DNA from: an uncultured delta proteobacterium
GTDB lineage: Bacteria; Desulfobacterota; Desulfuromonadia; Desulfuromonadales; BM103
Direction of reading: 5' to 3'
Length of the DNA: 64,000 nt
Assembly: GCA_963715335.1 (NCBI GenBank)
Contig: CAVQRZ010000025.1
Span: 96,001-160,000, forward strand
Position 1 is the stretch's first letter. Every line of letters starts with the position of its first letter. The notes below the pieces were generated by a model, which searched no databases, had not been told where the DNA came from, and worked only from the letters and a program-made list of their open reading frames with translations. This document shows, one piece after another, positions 1-9,759 of this stretch. The translations under genes were made by a program, and so were the position numbers.

Positions 1-1
1 T

Positions 2-376
2 GCTGAGACCAACAAAATTCTGGGGACTAAACAACCTATCCCTATCGATGGCATTTGCGTTCGGGTTGGCGCCATGCGTTGCCACAGCCAGGCTTTGACG
101 ATCCGTCTGAACAAGGATCTGCCGATTGCTGAGATCGAGCGCCTGATTGACAAAGATAACGAGTGGGTGAAGCTGATTCCGAACAACAAAAGCGATTCGT
201 TGAAAGGTTTGACCCCGACAGCCGTTTCCGGCACTCTTGCCATCCCGGTTGGCCGGGTGCGCAAGATGAAGCTGGGGCCACAATATATTTCTGCGTTTAC
301 CTGTGGTGATCAATTGCTTTGGGGGGCGGCGGAGCCGCTGCGGCGCATGCTGCGCATCCTCAGACAACAGGCGTGA
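2..376 (+). CDS. asd: Aspartate-semialdehyde dehydrogenase, C-terminal part (5'-truncated by window edge)
   Basis: Frame from nt 2 reads AETNKILG..IDGICVRVGAMRCHSQ..GDQLLWGAAEP, the proteobacterial-type Asd C-terminus. Confidence 0.95.
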   Translation, partial: AETNKILGTKQPIPIDGICVRVGAMRCHSQALTIRLNKDLPIAEIERLIDKDNEWVKLIPNNKSDSLKGLTPTAVSGTLAIPVGRVRKMKLGPQYISAFTCGDQLLWGAAEPLRRMLRILRQQA

Positions 377-430
377 GTGGCAATAACGCCGACGGCGCGC
401 GCACCAGATAATCTTGATGGTAGTATTTTC

Positions 431-460
431 GGGGGGCCGCACGGCCCCCCTTAGCTTTTT
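431..460 (+). terminator. Probable intrinsic terminator after asd
   Basis: GGGGGGCC-gcac-GGCCCCCC hairpin followed by ttagcttttt. Confidence 0.6.
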
Positions 461-471
461 GGGCCGAAGAT

Positions 472-1254
472 TTGATCGCAACGATTGCAAACGGTTTATA
501 TCAGCCAGGGCAAAGCCTGATCCACAGTCTCGATCCGCGGATCAAGGTCTTGTCATCCCTGACCCTGGTCGTGCTGACCTTTACGGCAAGCGACTGGATG
601 CAACTTGCGATTCTCGCTGTAGTGGCGTCAGCTGCTCTGCTGGTGATCTCTGCTCATGCCTGGCTGGTTCTGCGGACCTGCTCGATGTTGCGTTGGCTCT
701 TACTCTTTACCTTGTCGATGCATCTGCTTCTGTCACCCGGCCGCACCTTTTGGGGGACGAGTTGGCTGTCATTTGACGGGCTGTGCCTGGGCGGTTTTGT
801 CTGTGCCCAGATAGTGCTGGCGGCCATGATGACAACAATCCTGGCTATTACGACGACGATTGAAGATCTTTCCGCGGCCTTTGGCTGGTTCGTGCGACCG
901 CTATCCCGGCTGGGGTGCCGTACGGACGACTGGCAGAAGATCCTTCTGCTCGCACTCGGTTTTATTCCGGTTGTTCATGAAGAGATTTCTCTTTCCGGAA
1001 GAAGTGAAAATCCTTCTGCAGCAGAGCAAGGCCAGAATGGCAAACGGCGCTGGTCCGAATTCGGTTCGAAAATGCAGCTTTTCACCGAGAGAATGCTGGC
1101 CAGGGGCGACACGATGGCGCATGTGATCGCTGCAGGCGACAACTCTCGCTGTCTCCCCTCAGCACTGCCGTCCATAAGCCCCCTGTCTCTGCCTGATCGA
1201 TATTTTATCGCCGCCATGATGCTGATTATGGCCTGTCACTGGCTTGCAGGCTGA
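472..1254 (+). CDS. Energy-coupling factor transporter T component (EcfT/CbiQ family), divergent
   Basis: N-terminal GLYQPGQSLIHSLDPRIK motif, several TM segments, TTTIEDLSAA and LALGFIP segments typical of EcfT; TTG start uncertain. Confidence 0.8.
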   Translation: MIATIANGLYQPGQSLIHSLDPRIKVLSSLTLVVLTFTASDWMQLAILAVVASAALLVISAHAWLVLRTCSMLRWLLLFTLSMHLLLSPGRTFWGTSWLSFDGLCLGGFVCAQIVLAAMMTTILAITTTIEDLSAAFGWFVRPLSRLGCRTDDWQKILLLALGFIPVVHEEISLSGRSENPSAAEQGQNGKRRWSEFGSKMQLFTERMLARGDTMAHVIAAGDNSRCLPSALPSISPLSLPDRYFIAAMMLIMACHWLAG

Positions 1255-1257
1255 CCC

Positions 1258-1992
1258 GTGCGTACGATACTTCTGATCCTTGAATATGACGGGACCGCCT
1301 ATGCCGGCTGGCAGGTTCAGCCCAATGGTCTTGCTGTACAGGAAGTGGTTGAAAAAGCCCTGGCCAGGATACTCGGTCACGCGGTGCGGATCCACTCCTC
1401 AGGAAGAACCGACGCGGGGGTTCATGCACGGGGCATGGCGGCACATTTCCAGACCGATACCAATCTGCCTCTAAAGGCTTTCCGCGAAGGCGTCAACACC
1501 TTCCTCCCTCAGGATATAGCCGTCAGAGAAGTGCTTGAAATGCCGGCAGATTTTCATGCCCGATTCTCAGCCCGGGGGAAATGGTATCGCTATACGATTT
1601 ACCGGAACAAAATGCGTTCTCCGCTTGCCGCACGATCAGCCTGGCACCTGCGCGGCAATCTGGATCTTGACCTGATGCGTGCGGCAGCCGAATCGCTGGT
1701 CGGTGAGCATGATTTCGGGGCGTTCCGCTCTTCGAGCTGCGTGGCAGAGACGACGGTCCGGGAAATCTTCCGGGTTGATGTAACTGCCGACGACGATTTT
1801 ATCTATATTGATGTCAGAGGCTCCGGTTTCCTGAAAAACATGGTTCGTATGCTTGTCGGGACTCTCGTCGACGTTGGCCTTGGCCGGCGCCCGGTAGGGG
1901 ATGTGGCGACGCTGGTCGCCGGAAGCGGTGAAATGGCCTGCGGTCAGACGGCCCCGGCACACGGCTTGTGCCTTCAGGAAGTCTGGTATTAA
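1258..1992 (+). CDS. truA: tRNA pseudouridine(38-40) synthase
   Basis: EYDGTAYAGWQ, SGRTDAGVHA (catalytic Asp), FHARFSA, FLKNMVR, APAHGL. Confidence 0.97.
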   Translation: MRTILLILEYDGTAYAGWQVQPNGLAVQEVVEKALARILGHAVRIHSSGRTDAGVHARGMAAHFQTDTNLPLKAFREGVNTFLPQDIAVREVLEMPADFHARFSARGKWYRYTIYRNKMRSPLAARSAWHLRGNLDLDLMRAAAESLVGEHDFGAFRSSSCVAETTVREIFRVDVTADDDFIYIDVRGSGFLKNMVRMLVGTLVDVGLGRRPVGDVATLVAGSGEMACGQTAPAHGLCLQEVWY

Positions 1993-2046
1993 GCCAGACG
2001 CCGGAGCAGTGCCCGGATGATGGCTAGGTCAGGAAATATTTATATT

Positions 2047-2074
2047 CCCAGCCCCTGGCCTCCAGCCTCCAACT
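2047..2074. repeat. Tandem heptamer array (YCCAGCC-type)
   Basis: CCCAGCC CCTGGCC TCCAGCC TCCAACT. Confidence 0.6.
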
Positions 2075-2089
2075 GCTCCACGATTATCC

Positions 2090-3635
<1,546 letters not shown>

Positions 3636-3652
3636 AGGCAGCGGGCGGATTT

Positions 3653-3716
3653 TAGGGGCTTGGGGCTGGTAAGGGATTTCGACCTTCCAGCCTCCAACAC
3701 CCATTCTCCAGCCCCC
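3653..3716. repeat. Inverted heptamer-arm element between guaB and guaA
   Basis: Left arm taggggc ttggggc tggt; right arm TCCAGCC TCCAACA CCCATTC TCCAGCC; same unit as 2047-2074. Confidence 0.6.
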
Positions 3717-3723
3717 GATTTAT

Positions 3724-5280
3724 ATGGATATCCATTCTGAGAAGATCCTGATCCTTGATTTCGGGTCACAATATACCCAGTTGATTGCCCGTCGGGTGCG
3801 AGAAGCGCACGTCTACTGCGAATTGCATCCTTATGACATGAGCCTGGAAGAGATCAGGGGTTTCAATGCCACGGGGATCATCCTTTCCGGTGGGCCGAAG
3901 TCGGTTTATGATGTTGACGCCCCGACGATTGAAGAGGAGCTGTTCGAGCTTGACGTCCCCGTGCTGGGGATCTGCTACGGCATGCAGCTGATGTGCCACC
4001 ATTTCGGCGGCAAGGTTGTGCCGGCCGGCAAACGTGAGTATGGGCACGCAGACCTGCTGGCCAAAGGCGTTCCCGGGCCGCTCTTTGACAACTTTTTCGT
4101 TGATGGTCACAGTCCGGTCTGGATGAGCCACGGCGATCATGTCGAGATCGTACCCAAGGGCTTTGTGGAAATTGCCGAGACCGATAACGCACCGGTCTGC
4201 GCTATCCAGAATGTGGCGCGCAACCTGTACGGCGTCCAGTTCCACCCCGAAGTCAACCATACCCCCCGTGGGGAACTCCTGATTGACACATTCGTGCGCA
4301 GGATCTGCGGTTGTACCGGAAAGTGGACCCCTGGCCAGATTATCGAAGATGCGGTTGCCCGCATCCGGGAACAGGTTGGAGCGGAAGAAGTCATTCTCGG
4401 CCTCTCAGGCGGGGTCGATTCATCGGTGGCTGCAGCGTTGATCCATCGCGCCATCGGTGACCAGCTGACCTGCGTCTTCGTCGATAACGGCCTGTTGCGC
4501 CTCGGCGAAGGAGACCAGGTGATGGCCACCTTCGCCCAGAGCCTTGGCGTCAAAGTGCTCCGGGTTGATGCCGAAGCGCGTTTCCTGGAGAAGCTGGCAG
4601 GTGAAACCGACCCGGAAAACAAACGCAAGATCATCGGCAACCTGTTTGTTGATATCTTCGAGGAGGAATCGAAGCGTCTGGCCAATGCCAGGTGGCTCGC
4701 GCAGGGAACCATTTACCCCGATGTCATCGAATCAGCCGGAGCCAAAACCGGCAAGGCCCACAATATCAAGAGTCACCATAACGTTGGTGGCCTGCCCGAT
4801 TACATGACCCTCAAGCTGCTGGAGCCGTTGCGCGAACTGTTCAAGGACGAGGTGAGGGCGATCGGCGAGGAACTCGGCCTGCCGCACCGCATGGTCTGGC
4901 GCCACCCTTTCCCCGGGCCCGGTCTCGGTGTCCGTATCCTCGGCGAAATCAAACAGGAGTACTGCGACATCCTGCGTCAGGCCGATGCCATCTACATCGA
5001 TGAACTCTACCAGAGCGGCCACTACGACAAGATCAGCCAGGCGTTCGCGGTTTTTCTGCCGGTCAAGAGTGTTGGTGTCATGGGCGACGGGCGGACTTAC
5101 GAGTACGTGATTGCCCTGCGTGCAGTGGAAACCAAAGACTTCATGACCGCTGGCTGGTATCCTATGCCCTACGCTGACCTCGCCCGTATCAGCAACCGGA
5201 TTATCAATGAAGTGCGTGGGGTCAACCGTGTGACCTACGATATCTCGAGCAAGCCGCCGGCTACGATAGAGTGGGAATAA
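3724..5280 (+). CDS. guaA: GMP synthase (glutamine-hydrolysing)
   Basis: [50 protein letters not shown]. Confidence 0.98.
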   Translation: MDIHSEKILILDFGSQYTQLIARRVREAHVYCELHPYDMSLEEIRGFNATGIILSGGPKSVYDVDAPTIEEELFELDVPVLGICYGMQLMCHHFGGKVVPAGKREYGHADLLAKGVPGPLFDNFFVDGHSPVWMSHGDHVEIVPKGFVEIAETDNAPVCAIQNVARNLYGVQFHPEVNHTPRGELLIDTFVRRICGCTGKWTPGQIIEDAVARIREQVGAEEVILGLSGGVDSSVAAALIHRAIGDQLTCVFVDNGLLRLGEGDQVMATFAQSLGVKVLRVDAEARFLEKLAGETDPENKRKIIGNLFVDIFEEESKRLANARWLAQGTIYPDVIESAGAKTGKAHNIKSHHNVGGLPDYMTLKLLEPLRELFKDEVRAIGEELGLPHRMVWRHPFPGPGLGVRILGEIKQEYCDILRQADAIYIDELYQSGHYDKISQAFAVFLPVKSVGVMGDGRTYEYVIALRAVETKDFMTAGWYPMPYADLARISNRIINEVRGVNRVTYDISSKPPATIEWE

Positions 5281-5443
5281 ATTTATAGTCTGCGGTGAGT
5301 GGCTTACTGCGGGAAAAAGACCTGTCAGACGAGCGGGGCCGGATATCGCAAAATTATCCTCCGACGTTGATTGAAGTAGAGCCGGGGATAGCCATCTTCA
5401 GCTCTTTTTACCATGCTGAAATTATGTGTTTTGGAGCGCAATT

Positions 5444-6220
5444 GTGAAGGACCATTTGCCGGAGAAGTGGCGGGCGATTCTACGCTACAATAACCTGGAC
5501 AGTTTTGATCGCCTGTGGTCTCTGGAGGCAGAGTGGTTTGAGCCACCCAACCAGCGTCGCGGGGGCTGGAGTGGTGTCTCCCGTTGCGAACTGGAACTGC
5601 CTGAGGGGGGCAAAAGGAGCGTTTTCCTCAAACGTCAGGAAAATCATATCACCCGAACTTTTCTGCATCCTTTTGGCCTTTCGACTTTTGTTCGAGAGAT
5701 GCAAAACATTTTGACCTTCAAAATGGCTGGAGTCCCGGCACTGGAGCCGGTTTATTTTGCCGTTCGGAAAACCGAGGGAGATTTGCGTGCGATCCTCTGC
5801 ACAGAGGCCCTTGAAGAATATAAACCTTTGGAAAGCTTGGCAGAACGTTGGGTGGAAGAAGGTTGGCCTGATAAAACAACGCGACTGCGCCTGATGCAGG
5901 CCGTTGCAACTGTTATGACCCAGATGCACGATCATAGGATCCAGCATAATTGCTTCTACCCAAAACACATCTTTGTCCGTTTCGACAAAGAAGGCGTTAG
6001 CGTACGTATCATTGATCTGGAAAAAGCCAAGGTGCGATTACTCCGTCGTTTCGCGACTTTTCGGGATCTTTATACCCTGAACAGGCATTCTCAATGCTGG
6101 CGTCGTACTGAGCGACTCCGCTTCTTCCTGCTTTACCTTGGCCGCAAAAGCCTTGACCATGAAGCCAAGGCCCTCTGGAGGGGTATTGCAAAGCGTACCA
6201 AGGCAAAAGGGCGGGTCTAG
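5444..6220 (+). CDS. InaA/Kdo-WaaP family lipopolysaccharide kinase-like protein
   Basis: WFEPPNQRRGGWSGV, FLKRQENH, HNCFYPKHIFV, IIDLEK kinase-like motifs; GTG 5444 follows GGAG. Confidence 0.8.
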   Translation: MKDHLPEKWRAILRYNNLDSFDRLWSLEAEWFEPPNQRRGGWSGVSRCELELPEGGKRSVFLKRQENHITRTFLHPFGLSTFVREMQNILTFKMAGVPALEPVYFAVRKTEGDLRAILCTEALEEYKPLESLAERWVEEGWPDKTTRLRLMQAVATVMTQMHDHRIQHNCFYPKHIFVRFDKEGVSVRIIDLEKAKVRLLRRFATFRDLYTLNRHSQCWRRTERLRFFLLYLGRKSLDHEAKALWRGIAKRTKAKGRV

Positions 6221-6229
6221 AGAGCAGGG

Positions 6230-7237
6230 ATGACCAACAATATCAAACGCAAGCCAGGCAAACCAGCCAAGAAATATAGTCAGGCAGCGCGTCTGCACGA
6301 CGTGATCCGGATTCTCGAGGCACGTTACGGGGCGACGGTTGATGAGTTGGCCGATGAATGTGGTGTTACCCGGCGAACAGTCTATCGTGATCTGGATGCG
6401 ATCCGTGATGCAGGTTATCCACTGGTCTCCGATCCTGAAGCGGATGGCCGAACCCTTTACCGGTTTATGACCGGTTTCAAAAAAACTCCACCAATTACTT
6501 TTTCGCTTGATGAACTGATGACGCTTTACCTCTGCCGTGGCCAGCTCGGGTTTCTGAAGGGGACACCGTTCCAGGATGATCTCGACGCCATCTTTGGGCG
6601 CATTCATTCGAGCCTGCCGCCGCGCAGCGTGGCCCATCTTGAACGGATCGCCGAAACGGTATCACCCAAGTTTCAGGGAGAACGTGATTATGCCGCGAAG
6701 AAGGAGCTTTTGCAGGAACTGCGACGGGCGCTGCTCTACCAATACCGTCTTGACCTCTTTTACTCTCCCGCGCGCCGTGCCACTGAAACGTATCGCTTCG
6801 ACCCTTATACCTTGCTCTTTTACGACGGCGCACTCTACCTTGGCGGTTATGCGCACAACCGTGGGGCGCTACGGCTCTTTCTCGTAGACCGTATTGAACA
6901 GGTAACGGTCCTCGACGAACGTTTTGAAGTCCCGGAAGATTTTTCTGCCGGTGATCTGACCGGTTCTGCGTTTGGTTTGATCAATGACGATCAACAGACA
7001 ATCAAAGTACGATTCGGCAGTGAAATCGGTCATCTGATCCGCGAGCGGGTTTGGCACCCGAGCCAGAAGCTGGTTGAAGAGGAAGACGGGGCACTGACTT
7101 TGACCTTTGAAGCCAGTGGTGAGAAGGAAATCCTGGCTTGGCTCTATTCGTATCTGCCATATGTCGAGATTTTGGCGCCTGAAAGTTTACGGGCAGTGTT
7201 TTATCAAGGATTGCGAGACAGTTTACTCAAGCAATAA
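6230..7237 (+). CDS. WYL-domain transcriptional regulator (HTH-WYL-WCX; YafY/PafC-like)
   Basis: N-terminal HTH (VDELADECGVTRRTVYRDL), WYL core (FDPYTL..LYLGGY..RLFLVDRI), WCX tail (WHPSQ..EILAWL..VEILAPESLR). Confidence 0.92.
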   Translation: MTNNIKRKPGKPAKKYSQAARLHDVIRILEARYGATVDELADECGVTRRTVYRDLDAIRDAGYPLVSDPEADGRTLYRFMTGFKKTPPITFSLDELMTLYLCRGQLGFLKGTPFQDDLDAIFGRIHSSLPPRSVAHLERIAETVSPKFQGERDYAAKKELLQELRRALLYQYRLDLFYSPARRATETYRFDPYTLLFYDGALYLGGYAHNRGALRLFLVDRIEQVTVLDERFEVPEDFSAGDLTGSAFGLINDDQQTIKVRFGSEIGHLIRERVWHPSQKLVEEEDGALTLTFEASGEKEILAWLYSYLPYVEILAPESLRAVFYQGLRDSLLKQ

Positions 7238-7527
7238 AACCTCAACGGTGCATTTCACTCTCGGCAAAGTTTTTGATGAGCAGATCAAGGCGAATTCATT
7301 TTGATGGTTTTATGCTTTGGCTACTGACAAATCGCAATTGACCCTGCTTATACTCGGCAGAGCAATTGAGTCTCCCATTATCTCTGATACTGTTAAACAA
7401 TAACCGGAGGATGGACGAATGAACATCCTTCCGATCGGGCTTGTCGGCCCCTCAGTTTCAGGAACGGACTGAAGATAAGAAGGGGTTCTCTTTTGCCAAT
7501 ACAGAGGATGACCAGGAGTGTTTTGAT

Positions 7528-8406
7528 GTGCGTCGCCTGAAGATAACACACCTGACGGAATACCAATTTTTTAATACAGTCACACTGTTGCCGCATCGCC
7601 TCCTGCTTCGTCCCCGAGAGGGCCCGGAGGTACACATCGAATCTTCCTCGTTGACGATTTCCCCCGCCGGTCATAGGGTGAAGTGGCACCGCGATGCGCA
7701 GGACAATGCAGCGGCAGTGGTCGATTTTCAGGAGCCGACCCACTTTCTCTCCATTACCAGTGAAGTGGTCATCAAACACTACGTGGAAAACCCATTCGAT
7801 TTTCTCTTTGAAGACTACGCCGTTAACTATCCCTTCCACTATGCGCCGATGGATAGAGTGGATCTGATTCCCTTTTTGCAACCGGTCTATCCAGGTGACG
7901 AGGACGCCATCCGTAACTGGCTGGACCTGTTGGGCCTGGGGCAGCCGGTCATGCAGACTTATACGTTGCTCGATCAGATAAACAAAGCCATCGCCGGTCG
8001 ATTTATCTACTTTGCCCGTGAAGAGCAGGGAGTCCAAACCCCGGGACAGACACTGACCTGGGGGCAGGGGTCCTGCCGCGACTTTGCCACCCTTTTTGTC
8101 GAGGCCTGTCGCTACCTGGGCCTGGCAAGTCGCTTCATCAGTGGCTACGTTCACACTCCCGTGACAGAACATTGGTCAGCGACGACCCATGCCTGGGCCG
8201 AGGTGTACCTCCCGGGGGCCGGCTGGAAAGGATTCGACCCGACCAGCGGCGAGGTTGCCGGGCGTCGGCATATTCCCGTAGCCGTATCCCGTCATCCAGA
8301 GGCCGTCCCCCCGGTGGCTGGAAGCTTTATAGGTCCATCCGGATCCTCCCCAAAACTGATCGTCGATGTCCGCATCGTTGCTCTCACAGACGCTCCAGTG
8401 ACATAA
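7528..8406 (+). CDS. Transglutaminase-like family protein (N-terminal Bact_transglu_N-type domain + core)
   Basis: LKITHLTEY..PHRLLLRPR, GSCRDFA (catalytic Cys), RFISGY, HAWAEVYLPGAGWKGFDPT; GTG start after AGGAG. Confidence 0.9.
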   Translation: MRRLKITHLTEYQFFNTVTLLPHRLLLRPREGPEVHIESSSLTISPAGHRVKWHRDAQDNAAAVVDFQEPTHFLSITSEVVIKHYVENPFDFLFEDYAVNYPFHYAPMDRVDLIPFLQPVYPGDEDAIRNWLDLLGLGQPVMQTYTLLDQINKAIAGRFIYFAREEQGVQTPGQTLTWGQGSCRDFATLFVEACRYLGLASRFISGYVHTPVTEHWSATTHAWAEVYLPGAGWKGFDPTSGEVAGRRHIPVAVSRHPEAVPPVAGSFIGPSGSSPKLIVDVRIVALTDAPVT

Positions 8407-8482
8407 AATAGGCTGCGTCAACGACGAGTTGTTTAAGACCCTTGATCCATAGACAGGGACACTCTATCTTGACCTGACGAGA

Positions 8483-8515
8483 TGTGACATATTCTGTCTC
8501 AAGGCTTGATAAGAT
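8483..8515 (+). promoter_or_regulatory. Imperfect palindromic operator plus extended -10 upstream of the hypothetical gene
   Basis: TGTGACA-tattc-TGTCTCA (7-5-7, one mismatch), then TGaTAAGAT at 8507-8515. Confidence 0.5.
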
Positions 8516-8542
8516 GTAATCATAACCCTCAGGGAGGTAATT

Positions 8543-8911
8543 ATGATCTACATCGGAACCACAGAAGACAATGGCAGCGCGATCTATTTTGATATTCATT
8601 CTGCGGAACGACAGGGGCGCGGCATGCGATTCTCAGGCACTGTTGGCGATGGCTGTTATGAAGGAGAAGTTCTGGTTGAGGTCGGACGCAGTGAATCGGT
8701 GACCTTCGCCGATGCATGGCTTGGTGGTTCCGGATTCTCGGAATTTATCGATCGCTGCGGTACGGCAATGATTGAAGATGCCCTGCTGGAATCCGTTCGT
8801 GAGATGCCTTTCTTCTGTTCGCGGCGCAGTCTGCCACATGCTAACAGTGGCACTTATGATGCTGCACTGATTTCAGAACCATCACCATTATGGATGTCCG
8901 ATGTCTGTTGA
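8543..8911 (+). CDS. Hypothetical protein (122 aa)
   Basis: ATG preceded by strong GGAGGT RBS; fills the intergenic gap; no family recognised. Confidence 0.75.
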   Translation: MIYIGTTEDNGSAIYFDIHSAERQGRGMRFSGTVGDGCYEGEVLVEVGRSESVTFADAWLGGSGFSEFIDRCGTAMIEDALLESVREMPFFCSRRSLPHANSGTYDAALISEPSPLWMSDVC

Positions 8912-8972
8912 TTGATTCTATTTCCCGGTTGAGGTAAAAAGGGGCGATGTAATCTCTTTCGGGAAGGTATTT

Positions 8973-9554
8973 ATGCGTACCATCGTCCTTGCCTCAACCA
9001 GCCCCTATCGTCTGCAACTGATGCGTCAGCTTGAACTGAGTTTTCACGTTGCCGCGCCGCGTTACAAAGAACAGATGACTGCCAGCGTTTCAGCCGAGTT
9101 ACTGGTCAAGCACCAGGCCTTGCAGAAAGCGAAAAGCATTGCGGACAAATACGATGATGCCTTGATCATAGGTTCAGACCAGGTTTTCGTCGACGCCCGG
9201 CACCGTGTCCTGGGCAAACCGGGAACGCCGGAAAAAGCCGTTGAGCAGCTGATGGAAATGCAGGGTCGCAAACATACTTTCTATACCGGCCTGGCGATCC
9301 ACGACAGTGCCAGCGGTGACAGCGTCGCCGAATTCGAGACCTTCTCCGTAACGATGCGCGAATTGACCGAAAAGCAGGTCAGGCATTATGTGGAGAAAGA
9401 AAATCCGGTCGACTGTGCCGGTTCGTTCAAAATAGAGGGGCTTGGCATCGCGCTTATGGAAAAGATGGCCGGCAACGATTACACCAGCCTCATCGGCCTG
9501 CCACTGATCCTGCTGGTTAACATGTTGAGCCACTTCGACGTCGAGGTTTTATAA
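8973..9554 (+). CDS. Maf-family nucleotide pyrophosphatase (YceF-like signature)
   Basis: VLASTSPYR, IGSDQV, LGKPGT, CAGSFKIEGLG, LIGLPL; the Y/Q/E signature residues match the YceF (m7GTP) subfamily. Confidence 0.9.
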   Translation: MRTIVLASTSPYRLQLMRQLELSFHVAAPRYKEQMTASVSAELLVKHQALQKAKSIADKYDDALIIGSDQVFVDARHRVLGKPGTPEKAVEQLMEMQGRKHTFYTGLAIHDSASGDSVAEFETFSVTMRELTEKQVRHYVEKENPVDCAGSFKIEGLGIALMEKMAGNDYTSLIGLPLILLVNMLSHFDVEVL

Positions 9555-9713
9555 CCGTAAATGTTGAACGGGGTATCCGGGCCGGTATCCGGAATGTTTG
9601 CCTCTATAGCTTTTAGTGTTTCCATGCGGGGCGGATTTTCTGTATTCTCTAGCTGACATCTTAGCGTCGCTTACCGTTTTTTCTGTCACCACTCTTGTCG
9701 ATTTTGTCCCGTA

Positions 9714-9741
9714 TTCTGAATACTGAATACTGAATTCCAGC
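9714..9741. repeat. Tandem heptamer array upstream of dnaE
   Basis: TTCTGAA TACTGAA TACTGAA TTCCAGC. Confidence 0.6.
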
Positions 9742-9759
9742 TTTAGGCACTTTACATCC

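Noticed and set aside
5269..5280. attL of an element integrated at guaA
   Set aside because: No second copy of the guaA 3' end and no integrase seen in the window
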